DNA of 64,000 nucleotides from Octopus bimaculoides (taxonomy: Eukaryota): NCBI RefSeq assembly GCF_001194135.2, contig NC_068981.1:194670912-194734911 (forward strand), read 5' to 3'. Positions 62,306 through 64,000 of this stretch are shown piece by piece; the stretch's first letter is position 1; each line of letters begins with the position of its first letter. The notes under the pieces were generated by a model. It worked only from the letters and a program-made list of their open reading frames with translations, did not search any database and was not told where the DNA came from. The position numbers and the translations under genes are program-made.

Positions 62306-63314
62306 GTCGTCCATCATCATCATCATCACCACCTTAATGGCTATTATCATTGCATCATCATCAACACAGCCAGCACCAGTACCACCATCACTACTACCAA
62401 CACTACTGCCATCACCACCACCACCACAGCCATCACTACTCTTATCACCATTACTACAACAGTCACCATCACCACCAAAGCCATTATCACCACGACCATG
62501 ACCACCATCACAGTCACCACCACTACTACCACATCTGCACCACAACCACCACCACTACAACCACCACCACCACCACCACAACCACCACCACCACCACAAC
62601 CACCACAATCACCACCACTACTACCACAGCTGCACCATCCATACCACCACAACCACCACCATGTATATGATAAAAAAATTTTAAATACATTTGTCTTNNN
62701 NNNNNNNNNNNNNNNNNNNNNNNNNNNNNNNNNNNNNNNNNNNNNNNNNNNNNNNNNNNNNNNNNNNNNNNNNNNNNNNNNNNNNNNNNNNNNNNNNNNN
62801 NNNNNNNNNNNACAGCCATCACTACTCTTATCACCATTACTACAACAGTCACCATCACCACCAAAGCCATTATCACCACGACCATGACCACCATCACAGT
62901 CACCACCACTACTACCACATCTGCACCACAACCACCACCACTACAACCACCACCACCACCACCACAACCACCACCACCACCACAACCACCACAATCACCA
63001 CCACTACTACCACAGCTGCACCATCCATACCACCACAACCACCACCATGTATATGATAAAAAAATTTTAAATACATTTGTCTTTATTTTCAGAAACTTCC
63101 TGAAGAACTGAAGGCAGCCATGAAATTGAAGCGAACCAGACCTGGCCAAATGCCTCTCTATTTACATCGTGCTAAAGTTGATCTTACCCAAATGAAATCT
63201 TCAAAACCTGTCCTGTCTATTGTGGCACCATTTCCAGATCATTTCTTAGAGACTTTACAAAAACTTCAACTAGAATATTCCTTTGATGACATTTTTGATA
63301 CAAAAACTAAATAA
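52720..63314 (+). CDS. RPUSD3: RPUSD3-like mitochondrial RluA-family pseudouridine synthase (probably catalytically inactive), 408 aa, 8 coding exons
   Basis: Exons 52720-53053, 54192-54236, 55686-55842, 56995-57102, 58636-58723, 60331-60463, 60825-60964, 63093-63314, all phase-consistent GT-AG. Motif I AINKPSG, motif II region HSIKMFYSGVLLLA, QLCHVLGDYLYSGRVGKVFG (cf. human RPUSD3 LQLCPVLGDHMYSARVGTVLG), MPLYLHR and APFPDHF. Basic/hydrophobic N-terminus consistent with a mitochondrial presequence. Confidence 0.88.
56242..56739 (+). mobile_element. Composite element B: same architecture as 26121-26563, opposite orientation; 11-bp TSD
   Basis: TSD ATACCAGTGAT at 56231-56241 and 56740-56750; tRNA-like head at 56442-56514, then (AAT)n, then the arm with CTGAGGA..GAAA at about 56641-56687. 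Confidence 0.88.
59130..59736. mobile_element. hAT-like MITE with a nested (GAT)n-tailed repeat
   Basis: CAGTATTTCTCAAAC ... GTTGAAAAATGCTG with 8-bp TSD ATATAAGG (59122-59129, 59737-59744); nested repeat at about 59270-59560. Confidence 0.75.
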
Positions 63315-63560
63315 AATTTTTAGAAAAATTTGCAGAAAATATCTGGTGTTGTTTGGGTTCAAGAGTGAGGAATTTGGCAGTCCACTTTGAGATATGCTGT
63401 GCTTGAGAAGAGCCGGCAAGCCAAGTGAGATCGTAGTCGTGGATGATGTCAGTGTAGCATAACTGGCCTGTTTAATAAAGCACCCTTGAATCATTGAGCA
63501 ATATGCCATGCTTGGGAAGACCTGTTGAATTGAGTGAAATTGTAGTTATGGTCGATGACA

Positions 63561-63865
63561 GTGCCACCTGACTGGCACCTGTGATGGTGATATGTAAAAA
63601 GCACTATTTGAGCATGGCCGCTGCCAGTGCCGCCTGACTGGCATCTGTGCTGGTGGCATGTAAAATGCACCATTTGAGCGTGGCCGATGCCAGTGTCACC
63701 TGACTGGCACCTGTGCCAGTGGCACATAAAAAGCAAAAAGCACTATTCGAATATGGTTGAGGCCAGTGGCGCCTGACTGACATCTGTGCTGGTAGCATGC
63801 AAAATGCACCATTCAAGTGTGACCAATGCCAGTGCCGCCTGACTGGCATCTGTGCTGGTGGCACT
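63561..63865. repeat. 66-bp tandem array x4.5 downstream of the RPUSD3-like stop
   Basis: Unit starts at 63561, 63627, 63693, 63766, 63832; same module as inside the abundant (GAT)n-tailed repeat. Confidence 0.85.
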
Positions 63866-64000
63866 ATTAGATAGAGCGAAAAACGGGCTTTACAATGATA
63901 TATAAAGTCAAAGTAATTTAACGAAGATTAATTTGAAAATACATCATTTAAAACCAAAATTAAAAATTCTGCAAGACCTTTCTTGACAACCTAATATATA

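Noticed and set aside
62426-63083. 272-bp exact direct repeat (62426-62697 = 62812-63083) across an N-gap
   Set aside because: Identical sequence on both sides of a gap, the first copy ending just short of the exon 8 acceptor; typical unmerged contig overlap rather than a real duplication.
63561-63865. CRISPR-like reading of the regularly spaced repeats (also 21114-21522)
   Set aside because: No unique spacers, eukaryotic context, no cas genes; these are tandem repeats.

Overview
Eukaryotic, intron-rich, microsatellite- and SINE-dense genomic DNA with 8 N-gaps. The repeat repertoire looks like an octopus/cephalopod draft assembly; that assignment is an inference, not database-checked. Three spliced genes were reconstructed by hand from GT-AG sites and reading phase. 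(1) The 3' part of an MFHAS1/MASL1-like Roco (ROC-COR) gene on + (3281-16979), with degenerate GTPase motifs and a C-terminal CaaX box that an 83-nt intron could remove. (2) BAP1 on - (50629-18736), complete except for a few codons in a gap, with human-like exon sizes, conserved HCF-1 and FOXK motifs and an unusual Trp at the conserved R227 position. (3) A complete RPUSD3-like mitochondrial pseudouridine synthase gene on + (52720-63314) lacking the catalytic Asp, head-to-head with BAP1. The most striking non-coding signal is a set of palindromic elements carrying Penelope-type minimal hammerhead ribozyme cores. Two copies (26121-26563, 56242-56739) share one architecture: inverted hammerhead arms around a tRNA-like Pol III promoter, each copy flanked by its own 11-bp target-site duplication. 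A second hammerhead-bearing fold-back lies at 4662-5240 and a degenerate third at 37488-37581. Also present: MITEs (mariner, piggyBac-like, hAT, pogo-like), a probable Helitron, LINE RT fragments, mini- and microsatellites. Most entries in the supplied ORF track are repeat-derived noise.
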